From an uncultured virus (IMG/VR IMGVR_UViG_2061766007_000883) (Duplodnaviria; Heunggongvirae; Uroviricota; Caudoviricetes): a stretch of DNA of 64,000 nucleotides. Location: IMG/VR virus record IMGVR_UViG_2061766007_000883; one strand, written 5' to 3'. Made by a program: the position numbers and the translations under genes. The notes beneath the pieces were generated by a model. That model did not search any database, had not been told where the DNA came from, and saw only the letters and a program-made list of their open reading frames with translations. Shown here piece by piece: positions 28,497 through 39,529 of this stretch; position 1 is the stretch's first letter; each line of letters begins with the position of its first letter.

Positions 28497-31400
28497 ATGA
28501 CCGAAAGCATAGAACCAACGGGTGTCGATACGAGCCCGGCGTCCAACGAGACGGTACAGCACTTGGCGCAACCTCCTGCCAAGCCCACGAAAAACGTGCA
28601 TGACTGGCTCCGCGACCTGCGGATGTCGGCCGATGTCAACCAGACGACAGTCGGCGTGGCGGCCGACAGGGTCACACCTGAGCTCATGCTGGCCACGGCC
28701 AACAAGCTGCTCGGCATAAGCCGCCGTCAGGTCGAGCCTGACCCGAAGGACTCCCTGCAGTTCCAGCGGGTGTACGGACCTAACGAATATTTTTCGGAAC
28801 ACATACTGCGTGACGCAGGAAGGCTTGGCCGCCAGCTTCTGTGGAAGGCCACCAACAAGGGAAACCTGGACTTCATGCAGACGGCTGCCTTGGACGGCCA
28901 TGTGTCGGACGTGTTCAATTCCAGCAGGCTGTCCAACATGATTGACGGAAGCTCGCCTTTGGAGACCGTGGACGCGGCGTTCAAGGTCACGCGCATCGGT
29001 GAAGGCGGTGTCGGCGACGTATCGTCGGCCCCTGATGAGATGCGACTTGTCCAGCCGTCGTTCCTCGGATATGTGGACAGTGTCCGCAGTCCGGAAAGCA
29101 TGAAGGTAGGATTGGACACATACCTCACCAAATACTGCATGAAGGGCTCCGACGGCAAGCTGTATCAGAAATTCATCAATGCGCATACAGGAAAGCCTGA
29201 ACTGGTGGACTCCGTGACGGCTGCCAAGTCCGTGGTCACGACGCCTGACATGATGAACGCCAAAACGAATTTCATCTATGCGCTTGGCGGGAAGACAGGC
29301 GTCCGTATCGTCCCCAAGAAGTCCGTGGACTACTATCTACCGAAAATGGACCAGGCCTTCTCCACGGCGGCCAACCTTGTCACCGGCTTGTCTGGTGTCA
29401 AGGAGATGCNNNNNNNNNNNNNNNNNNNNNNNNNGGCCACGCTGATGACCATCGGCAAGGACAACATGGTGTCCATCGACTATGCGAAGGACGTCAGCTC
29501 GGACAATTGGTCGCTGCCGGGCGCGGACAAGGAGGCCATGTCGAACTGCCGCCATCGCATCCGTGCCACGATTGCCAAATTTCCTCCCGGACGTGCATGG
29601 TTCAGGAAAATCGTTTTGTACTCAGGCCGTGCGCTGACCACGTCCAAAGACCACCGCTGGGCTGTGCTGCGTGACGACAAGATAGAACTGGTGGATGCTG
29701 TGAAGCTCAAGCCAGGCGACAAGATTTTCCGCCGGATGTTCAACGATTTCGCAGGTCGCCGTACGTTCGTGCTGGGCGTGCAGGTTGACGCCGCTCTTGC
29801 GGCTTTGCTTGGCTATATGGCGCGTGGCGGATCGCTTCCCGCGAAGGACACCGTTCGCGTTCCCTACGAACAGAAGCACAGGACGGACATAGACAAGGCC
29901 TTGTGCCGCCTGCATCTACGCACGGTGACGTATCATGGTTCCAAGACGGAGCCTGTGCTGTCCATACACGACAAGCAGTTCGCGGACTGGTTTGCCGCCA
30001 ACATGGGGCAGACGCCCGATACGCGGCGCATACCGTCTGAAATCCTCAGCGCCAAGTCCGTCATCGTGGCGTCGTTCCTTGATGCGTACACGGCGGACAC
30101 CACCAAGATAGCGCAGGATGCGCAGGACTACACATGGATTCTCAGCATCGGCAACTTTGTCGAACGTGACGGAATCGCGTTCCTGCTTTCCCGCATTGGC
30201 ACGGACACGTACTATAGGGACGCCTACCAGGGCAACGGCGAGACACAGCTGGCGCTAAAGTTGACGGAATGTACGGCCATGCACGGTTCGCTCCTGCTGG
30301 ACGCTGTCAAGTCCAATCTGCCCGTGCAGGGCGCGTCCATCATGATTGATGTGGACGCGGACGACAACCTGTACGCGTCCGCTAGCGGTATCATCACTCA
30401 CAACTCCAAGTATCCGCTGCAGGCCATCTCCATCGAGGGACGCGAAGCACCGTACGTCCGCAATATCGACAGCGAGACTGGCAAGGATATCCATTCGGCT
30501 ATCGGCAAGTATTTAGGAGCACGATTTGCGGACAAGCCTGGCGTGGTCACCGCCGTCCGTCAAAATCGCATCGACGTCCAGTACGACGATGGCACGAAAG
30601 GCCAGATTGCCCTGTATAACAACTTCCCGATGAACGCCAAGGGCTATATCACGAACACGCCGCGTGTGAAGGCGGGCGACCGTTTCGGCAAAGGCGGTCT
30701 GCTGGCATCGTCCAACTACACGGACGACAAGGGCGTCATGGCAACGGGAACAAACTTGCGTGTTGGCTGGCTGTCATGGAAGGGCGGCACATACGAGGAT
30801 GCTGTCGTTCTGTCCGAATCCGCCGCCCGCAAGCTGACTGGCTCCGTCATGTATTCCGCAGACCTAGACCTTGACAAGACCGTTACGCTCGGCAAGCGCA
30901 ACTACCGTTCGTGGAAGCCGGGCGAGTACACCAAGGAACAGCTGTCCGTGTTGAATGACGACGGCATTGTCATGCCTGGCACGATTCTGCACAAGGGTGA
31001 CCCGATGGTGCTTGCCGTCCGTACGACCGAGCCTTCTCCAGGCACGATGGGCAAGCGCATCCTGACGGACGTGTCCCAGGTGTGGGAGCACGACAATCCC
31101 GGCAAGGTGACGGACGTTGTCCGCACGCGTGGCGGAGTCAAAGTGCTCGCCACGGTGACTACGCCTGTGGAAGTCGGTGACAAGGTGTCAGGCTTGTACG
31201 GCAATAAGGGCGTCTGCAGTATGATACTGCCGGACGACCAGATGCCCGTGGACAAGGACGGCAAGCCGCTGGACATGATTCTGTCACCTCTTGGCCTGAT
31301 TTCCAGGACGAATCCGACGCAGCTCATGGAGACGCTGCTTGGCAAGATTGCGCACAAGACGGGCAAGACGGAACTTATCGACGCGTTCCCTGAGAACGAC

Positions 31401-34381
31401 ATGCACCAGTACGTCATCGACAAGCTGAAGCAGAACAAGCTGAACGCGGAGGATGATTTCTTCGACCCTGAGACTGGACGCAAAATACAGGGCGTCGTCA
31501 ACGGATACTCCTACATACACAGATTGAAGCACTTGGCGGAGTCCAAGGAATCCGCGCGTGGAACGGACGCCTACTCAACGGACGAGACTCCGGGAGGATC
31601 TGGTTACGCAGGATGCTTCCCGGCCGCACAGAACATCATGACAGCCCACGGTGAACGCTCCATAGCCACGCTATGCGAAAAGCACATACATGAGAATGTG
31701 CTTACATGGAACGGCAAGGAGTGGTGCTACAGACCCATAACGGACTGGTTCACATACAGAGCCAGAACCGAGGACATCCTGGATATATTCACGGAATACA
31801 ACACAAGCGACACTGGCAATAAACTTGTAAGGCACACCACATGTCTGCATCCGACGAAAAACCACAAAATGTACATGGCGGACATGACGGTGAAGCTGGC
31901 AGGCGAGCTCAAGATAGGCGACCTATTGGCAAGTATGGGACCGGTGGCGACGGCCGACCAGAAGCGCGTGCTGCTTGGCACGCTCATGGGCGATTCGTGC
32001 TTCTCCACCGACGGCTCGCTGCAATGTGAGCATTCGTACAAGCAAGTGGCTTGGTGCGACTACAAGCAACGTGCGTTAAGTGGATTAGGAGCCACGCTGT
32101 GCACAGGTGTGTACAAAGTGCACGACAGCATCATCAACGGACGTGTAGTCAGGGGCACAAAGGCCAGACTGATACGCGTGCCACGTTCGTACATGCTGGA
32201 CGAGCTACGTGCTAGCATAGTTGTCAATGGAAAACGCATGCTCACGCAAGATACTTTGGACAAATTAGGTGAGCTAGGCTTCTGCGTGTGGTATCTGGAT
32301 GACGGGTCGATGCACAACCACATTAAAGAGAAAGGCAAACCTTCGCCGGAAGCCGTGTTGTCCACATGCGGTTTCACCCCGGATGAAGTTGCTTTGTTCA
32401 GGCCCTGGGTGGAAAAACTGTTGGGCGAACCGGACAGCACAACCATAGCGCCGCAGATGACGAACGACGGCGAACGTCATAACGTGCGTTTCAACAGGCA
32501 GGCATCCTGGCGTATAGCTGAAATGGTCGCCCGCAACATCCCGTGGCAGTTTATTCCACCCTCAAAACACTGGTTGCGCGCATGGTGCAAGGAGCAACAG
32601 AGCAAGACTCCTGCACTGCAGCATGACTTCATATCCCGACTGGGCATAACACCTGTACGCATAGTCGAAATACGGCCATACAAGCACGATAAGCCCGGAG
32701 TCACCGAGATACCTGTGTACGACTTCACAGTCGAAGACACGCACAAGTACACGCTTGCTGGATACGTAATTGTCTCAAATTCAAAGCGTTTCGGCACCCT
32801 GGAGCAGAGTGCGATGGCTGGGCATGCTGCGTTCGACAATTTGCTGGACAACAAGCTCATCCGTGGACAGTCCAACGCAGACTTCTGGCGGTCTATCCGC
32901 ACAGGCGGAATCCCGACGATTCCGGGTGAACCCTTGGTGCAGAAGAAGTTCTTCGCCCATCTGCAGGGTTCAGGTGTCAATGTCCGCAAGACTCAGAAGG
33001 GCATCAGCGTGTTCGCCTTGTCGAACTCAGATGTTGAAAAGTTGGCAGGCCCGCGTGAACTGAAGTCGCGTGACACCTACGAGGCCCGTACGTTCCGGCC
33101 CATCGACGGCGGGCTGTTCGGGCAGGACGTGTTCGGTCAGAATGGCGACCAGTGGGGATACATCCNNNNNNNNNNNNNNNNNNNNNNNNNNNNNNNNNNN
33201 NNNNNNNNNNNNNNNNNNNNNNNNNNNNNNNNNNNNNNNNNNNNNNNNNNNNNNNNNNNNNNNNNNNNNNNNNNCTGAAGCAGGCGTTGTCGAAGATAGA
33301 CCTCGACATGGAAGCCAAACGCGCCATGCAGGAGTTCAAGGACGCGCCTGCGTCCAAGCGCGACAATGCGCTCAAGCGGTACGTGGATGTCGAGAACATG
33401 CGCAGGGCAGGGCTCAACCCGTCAGAATACATGCTCGACCGCATTCCTGTCCTTCCCGCGCAGTTCCGCCCGGTCACGTCCCACAACGGCCTGACGATGG
33501 TGGCGGACGCCAACTATCTGTATGCACAGCTGCTGGACGCAAGGGACGACCTGAGGGACTCGAAAGATTTGCCAGTGGAATATCAGGACAAGGCGCGTGC
33601 CAACCTGTACAAGAAGTGGCAGGAGCTCACAGGGCTGTACGACCCGGAGGATGTCAAGCTAAGGAACAAGAACGTCGGCGGTCTGCTTAAGTGGGCGCTC
33701 GGCACGTCACCGAAGTTCTCGGCGTTCCAGCGCAAGGTTCTAGGTGGTTCCGTCGACACGGTCGGACGCGGCGCCATCGTGCCGAACTCCAAACTTACCA
33801 TGGACCAGATTGGCATTCCGATTGGAATGGCGTTCGACATCATGGCTCCGTTCGTGGAGCGCGGGCTTGTCAAGCGCGGGTATACGCCCGTGGATGCCAT
33901 GAAGATGGTAAAGCAGCGCGACAAGCAGGCGGCAGACGTCCTGAACGAAGTCATCAAGACACATCCCGTGGAGATGAACCGTGCTCCGACGTTGCACAAG
34001 TTCAACATCATGGCGTTCGAGCCAGTTCTTGTCCAAGGGCACGCAATCCAGGTTCATCCGTCTGTCTGCCCAGGTTTCAATGCGGACTTTGACGGTGATA
34101 CGGTTAACGTTCACGTACCAGTGTCGGACAATGCGCGGAAGGAGGCTATGGAAAGGATGCGTCCGTCGCGCAACCTCATCGCCCCCAGCGACCGTAAAAT
34201 CATGTACAAGCCTGAGAAGGAATACATGCAGGGCCTGTATTTCGCCACACGGCTAGGACAGCCCAAGAATGGACGCGTACAGATATTCAGGACCATGGAC
34301 GAGGCTCAGGAAGCATACGAGCACGATATTATCGACGTGGATACACCGATACGGATACTTGAGCTAGAACAGAAACAATAA
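28497..34381 (+). CDS. rpoB: RNA polymerase beta (C-terminal part) fused to beta' (N-terminal/catalytic part), with two inteins; joined across N-gaps
   Basis: RpoB motifs 'EMRLVQPSFLGYVDSVRSPE', 'GGTYEDAVVLSE', 'GDKVSGLYGNKGV', 'HRLKHL', 'KRFGTLE'; RpoC motifs 'RTFRPIDGGLF', 'IPVLPAQFRP', 'NRAPTLH', catalytic 'FNADFDGD'. Confidence 0.92.
29410..30404 (+). mobile_element. Intein 1 in RNAP beta (degenerate LAGLIDADG domain); N-terminus hidden in the N-gap
   Basis: Block B 'LTTSKDHRW', C-terminal 'LYASASGIITHN/S'; interrupts the equivalent of RpoB 'RALMG.NMQRQAVP'. Confidence 0.8.
31614..32780 (+). mobile_element. Intein 2 in RNAP beta with LAGLIDADG homing endonuclease (389 aa)
   Basis: Starts 'CFPAAQNIMT', block B 'HPTKNHKM', EN motifs 'LLGTLMGDS' and 'VWYLDDGS', ends 'VYDFTVEDTHKY...IVSN/S'. 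Confidence 0.92.
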
Positions 34382-34392
34382 GAGGAACAAAC

Positions 34393-34656
34393 ATGATGAA
34401 CGCCAGAGAAGTGTATGGCATGGGGCCCGCCCCGACGACCAACAAAGCAGAGTTCATGAACAAGGCCGCCGCTTTCATGGACGGTCTCATGGCAGGTGCG
34501 GTNNNNNNNNNNNNNNNNNNNNNNNNNNNNNNNNNNNNNNNNNNNNNNNNNNNNNNNNNNNNNNNNNNNNNNAAACTGGCCACGGACAAGGACGCGCAGC
34601 ACAAGAAAGGGCTTGAGACCATGTCCAAGGTGCTGGATAACATCTTCAACAAGTAA
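34393..34656 (+). CDS. Small hypothetical virion protein (contains N-gap)
   Basis: GAGGA RBS; N-terminus 'REVYGMG' resembles 'RESIYGMG' of 15473; KAAA and KLAT motifs. Confidence 0.55.
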   Translation: MMNAREVYGMGPAPTTNKAEFMNKAAAFMDGLMAGAXXXXXXXXXXXXXXXXXXXXXXXXKLATDKDAQHKKGLETMSKVLDNIFNK

Positions 34657-34669
34657 GAGGTGCGAAACT

Positions 34670-35835
34670 ATGATGAATCTTGACCTCGTCAGACAAGCCG
34701 CCCTGCGCAAGTCAGCGGCTGNNNNNNNNNNNNNNNNNNNNNNNNNNNNNNNNNNNNNNNNNNNNNNNNNNNNNNNNNNNNNNNNNNNNNNNNNNNNNNN
34801 NNNNNNNNNNNNNGTGCGATGCCACCCGGTGGCGCAATGCCGCCCGATGCAGGCATGATGCCTCCCGGTGGGGCGATGCCACCTGCGGGCGGCGCCATGC
34901 CACCTGCGGGCGGGATGCCGCCTGCCGGCGGNNNNNNNNNNNNNNNNNNNNNNNNNNNNNNNGTTCATCCAGTGGATGGGACAGAACGGCGCACAGTTTG
35001 ACCCGGCGTCGGGTTCATTCGTCGACATGGCGACAGGCCAGCCAATTCCGCCTGAGATGGTGATGCAGGCCTACCAGGTGTATACGCAGGAAATGCAAGG
35101 CGGAGCTCCAGCTGGTGGCGCGATGCCTCCAGCCGGCGGGATGCCACCTGCAGGTGGTGCCATGCCGCCAGATGCTGGCGCAATGCCTCCGGGTGGCGCG
35201 ATGCCTCCTGACGCTGGTGCGCAGCCTCCGGCCGGAGGGGCTCCTGCAGGCGATATGACGCAGGACCAGGAGTTCCTGGCGTTCATGCAACAGGCCATGG
35301 GATGCACGTTCGACCCCGCTTCCGGTATGTTTATCGACCCCAGCGGACAGCCGCTCGACCCGGCCATGGCGCAAAGCGCCTACGAGCAGTTCAAGGCCGC
35401 GCAGGGGCAGCAACCCGGCGGACAGGGCGGCGCACCAGGCGGAGAGCCGGGAGGCGAAGCCCCGAAAGGCGAGGGTGGCAAGCTGACGCCAGAGATAATG
35501 GAGCAGCTGCAGTCGGTTGTCGACGCGTCCCTGCAGGCCGCCACGGCCAATCTCGAAAAGCAGATGCAGGCGTACACGGACAAGCTGGACAAGATGCTCA
35601 TGATGCTTCAGGCCATGCAGGACACGGACGACCAGCGGGACAAGGAGACACGCCAGCGCGACAAGACGATACAGGACGAGCTGAACGAGGAACTGAACCC
35701 CAAGGTCGCCAGTGCGAAGCCGCCAGTGGCGCTTGCCNNNNNNNNNNNNCCAAGCCGCAGGAACAGGCTCAACCGACGAAGGAAGAACCAAGATTGCTGG
35801 ATGTAACGGATTTATTGTTTGGAGGTAACAAATGA
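34670..35835 (+). CDS. Low-complexity (A/D)GG(A)MPP-repeat protein with duplicated small domain and coiled coil; joined across gaps
   Basis: Leader ending 'RKSAA'; two MPP-repeat tracts, each followed by 'F..DPASG.F.D..GQP'. Confidence 0.6.
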
Positions 35836-36342
35836 CATACGCTGAATGGTTGACCAAGCAGGCTTCTTTTACACATGAGGGAACAGGTCTGCGTATCGAC
35901 GTCCGTCCAGTGGACAAGTCGGACAGAATTCGCCAGATGATTGAAGGCGCGAATCATCCGTATGACGTGTCCAAATGGCTGCCGGCATGCGAACTAAGCA
36001 AACAGGCTGGCTGGTTACCGAAGATGCCGGAGGCTTTCGATGTGGACACGATTGGCAAGTGGGTGAAAAGCAACTACGGAGCATCCAGCCTCGGCCTCAT
36101 CGGGCTGCTTCTTGGTGCTGGCTTTGGTCGTAAGATGATGAACCCGAAGTACAAGAACCTCGGCATGCTGCTAGGCGGTGCCGCAGGTCTTGGTTTCGGC
36201 GGCATCGGCGGCAATTGGCTGCAGAACAACGGCTGGATTGATGCCGGCATCAACGCCTNNNNNNNNNNNNNNNTTCAAGCCGAAAGGCGCTGTGGCCGAC
36301 ACGGTCGTCAACGGTGCCAAGCCTGAGACTCCCGCCAACTGA
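35832..36342 (+). CDS. Leader-bearing glycine-zipper protein; end inferred across gap
   Basis: 'MTYAEWLTKQAS', 'KQAG', 'LGMLLGGAAGLGFGGIGG'. Confidence 0.6.
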
Positions 36343-36356
36343 CATGAGGTGAAAAC

Positions 36357-37259
36357 ATGGACAATGGAATGAATAAGAAAGCAGCAGATCCAACATACAC
36401 TGACCTGCTCAACCAGCTGAAGGATACCAAGGAAGGCCAGGACGCCTTGACAAGGTTGTCCCCAGGTGAAATCGGCTGGGGCGTCGCAGGCGCCGCAGGC
36501 GGCGGTGCGCTTGGCTATCTCTTGTCACGCCTTGTCCATCGCAAGGCGTCGGCGCGCACCAAGCTGCTGTACACGATGCTTGGCGCTCTGGCCGGCGGTG
36601 GCGGTTCACAGTATCTGCTGGCGCACATGAAAGGCTCCGACGGCTTCAATGGAACGAAGAAGGAGGAAATGCGCCTCAGCGGACTGTCGGCTTCGCCGTC
36701 GGCCAATACGGAGGACATCAAGACGGACAGCAAAGGCGAGCCTAAACCAGGCAATTTCGTATGGCATCCAGGCGTTACGGCAGGCTTAGGCGCTGTCGGT
36801 GGCTTTGTCAGGGGCGCCAAACTAGGTGATAAACGGAGTCTTGTCAATGCCCTCACAGGCGCTCCCAATGTATATGAATGGTACCAGGACAGGCGCGTAG
36901 GACGGCGAGAGGACACCGAACGTACCATGAAAGCGTGGTTGCGCAATAACCGCAATCAAATGCAGCAGGGAAGACCGTTTGAAAACGGCGCCGAGTACAG
37001 GGGAAGATGGACGATAACACATGACGGAAGCAATCCGACGACCTTGAAACTCGTGCCGATACAGCATGATACCAATTATGTCAGGGACGCTGTGAACGGC
37101 ACGACAGCCGCCCTTACGCACGGAACAGCCGCTTACCTGCTGCATCTTGGCGCCAACGCCCTTAACAACCACTACGGTTTCTCGGACCCGAACCGCGCCT
37201 ATGTCACAAAGGAAGACATCATCCGGGCGGCCGAACAGATGAAGAAGGGGGATAAATGA
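36357..37259 (+). CDS. Glycine-zipper virion protein
   Basis: 'NKKAA'; 'GVAGAAGGGALGYLL', 'LGALAGGGG'. Confidence 0.7.
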   Translation: MDNGMNKKAADPTYTDLLNQLKDTKEGQDALTRLSPGEIGWGVAGAAGGGALGYLLSRLVHRKASARTKLLYTMLGALAGGGGSQYLLAHMKGSDGFNGTKKEEMRLSGLSASPSANTEDIKTDSKGEPKPGNFVWHPGVTAGLGAVGGFVRGAKLGDKRSLVNALTGAPNVYEWYQDRRVGRREDTERTMKAWLRNNRNQMQQGRPFENGAEYRGRWTITHDGSNPTTLKLVPIQHDTNYVRDAVNGTTAALTHGTAAYLLHLGANALNNHYGFSDPNRAYVTKEDIIRAAEQMKKGDK

Positions 37260-39516
37260 GCGTTACAACGCTTGGTCGTGAAATGGTCAGAAAAGCCCTG
37301 CCCGACAAATACAAGGGCTGGGCTGACAAGACGCTGGACAAGAAGACCATCGTGGCTTTGACGACGCAGATGGCCAAGGAGGACCCGGATGCATATGTGC
37401 AGGTCCTGCAGGGATTGAACAACGTCGGCGAGCGCGTCGTGTCCATCTATGGGCGTGACGCCGCTCTGTCGTTTACTGACTCCATTCCCGGAAAGTCGAC
37501 CATGGAGCTTAACCGAAAGCTGCGCCAGCTGGTCGACCAAGTGCTCGACGACCCGAAGCTCACCGAGGAGCAGAAGGAGGAGCGCATCAAGGAAATCGGC
37601 TACAAGTACACGCAGAAAGTCCAGGACGTCGTGTTTGAGGACCAGGATTCCCGACATACGGCGCTCGCGTCCCAGATTAATTCCGGGTCACGTGGCAACA
37701 AGACGCAGCTCATGCAGCTGATGTTCGGCAACATGATGATGAAGGACGCGCTCGGACGCGATATCCCGTACCTTCACATGGACCCGTATGTGTTCGGCAC
37801 CAGCCCGTTCGGTTACTGGGTGTCATCCTCGTCCGGACGAAAAGGATTCTACGACGTGCAGGCCGCCACTGGCCAGGCCGGGTATCTGGGCAAGCAGGTC
37901 ACGGCTGTCACGCATGACGTGGTCATCGAAAAGGATGACTGCGGGACAAAGGACACAGGCGTGCCGTTCAAGGCCGCAGACCAGTCCAATATCGGGCGCG
38001 TCCTGCTCCGGCCGTTCCACAAGCATCCGGCAGGCTCCATCGTCACACCTGAGATGGTAAGTGAAGCGGACGACGATGAGGAAATGATACTCAGGAGCCC
38101 TGTCACATGCAAGTGCCGTCATGGCGTGTGCGCCAAATGCAACGGACTGGATGAGAACGGGCGCTTCCCGGGCGTCGGTAGCTATGTGTCGCTTAATTCC
38201 GCCCGTTCGTTTGTTGAGAAAATTACGCAGGCAGGCATCTCCTGCCTGTACGAAGACACTTTGGTACGCATGGCAGACGGCTCTGCCAAGCGTATCGCGG
38301 ATATCACCGTGGGCGACACCGTCCTAGGCGCCAACGCATTTGGTGAATTCGCTCCCGCAAAGGTGACGGCCGTTATGAACAACGGTGTGCAGCCCGTCTG
38401 GAGAACAACGCTGGAGAACGGCGTCGAGGTTGTCAGTACCGAGCGGCACAAGATTCTGAAGGAGTTCATGGCGGACTACGTCGAGGAGCCCGTCGGAAAG
38501 CATCCTGAAGGCGAATACTGGCCCGTCATGATCGAGCAGAACGAGTTCCCTGAGGAGGCCGTCGTGGATACGCATGAGTATGTCGGCATGGCGCAGGTCA
38601 ACGACATCGAGGTCGACAACGACGACCATCTGTATGTTCTTGCCAACGGACTTATCGTCAGCAATTCAAAGCACCAGGGTGGCGTTGGCGGCAAGAAGGT
38701 TGTCGACCCGGATGGCGAAGACCAGCCGACTGGATTCAAGGCCATCGAACGCATGTTCATGGCTCCGGACAATTTCCCTGGCGGTGCGGTCATCGCTCCT
38801 GAGGACGGCGTGGTCAGCGCGATCCGCCCGGCTCCGCAGGGCGGCAACTACATCACGGTCGGGTTGAAAACACTGTACTGCGCCCCTGAGCGTACGTTCA
38901 ACGTCCATGTCGGAGACAAGGTGTCCGCAGGCGACGTGCTGACGAACGGTGTGCCCAATCCTGCGCAGATTGTGCAATACAAGGGGCTGGGACAAGGCCG
39001 CCGCTACTACATCAGCAAACTAGGCGACGTGTTCGCCAAAGCCGGATTCGGCGTGGACCGCAACAACCTCGAATCTTTCACACGCGCCATGATTAACAAG
39101 GTGCAGATAACAGCAGACGACGGCTACCGTGGATATCTTCCAGGCGACATCGTCAGCTACAGCGAAGTNNNNNNNNNNNNNNNNNNNNNNNNNCCATGAA
39201 AGCATCAAAGGCAGGCGGCAAGTACCTTGAACAGCCTGTCCTGCACTACAGCATCGGCACGCGCATCACGCCGGACGTGTCGAAAACGCTGGACAAGTAC
39301 GGTTTCAACGACGTGCTGGTGAATGACAATCCGCCACCGTTTACATCTGAGTTCATGCGGCCTGCCGCCGCACTACAGAACGACGAACACTGGCTTCCCA
39401 GACTTGCAGGCGAACGCCTGCGGGACAGCTTGTTCGACTCGGCAAGGCGCGGATTGACCGACCCGTATGACTCTACCAGTTATGTTGACAGAATAGTGAC
39501 AGCGCCGTTCAAGTAA
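37256..39516 (+). CDS. rpoC: RNA polymerase beta' C-terminal fragment with mini-intein; joined across N-gap
   Basis: 'NSGSRGN', bridge helix 'GRKGFYDVQAATGQAGYL', 'DDCGT', Zn site 'RSPVTC...GVCAKC', trigger loop 'EKITQAGIS/SKHQGGV'. Confidence 0.9.
38243..38665 (+). mobile_element. Intein 3 (141-aa mini-intein) in the beta' trigger loop
   Basis: 'CLYEDTLVRMADGSAKRIADITVGDTV'...'STERHKI'...'VNDIEVDNDDHLYVLANGLIVSN/S'. Confidence 0.93.
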
Positions 39517-39529
39517 GGAAAACGCAACA

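Noticed and set aside
28497..39516. Bacterial chromosomal rpoBC operon
   Set aside because: No ribosomal-protein neighbours; subunits are split, fused and divergent, and embedded among capsid and tail genes.
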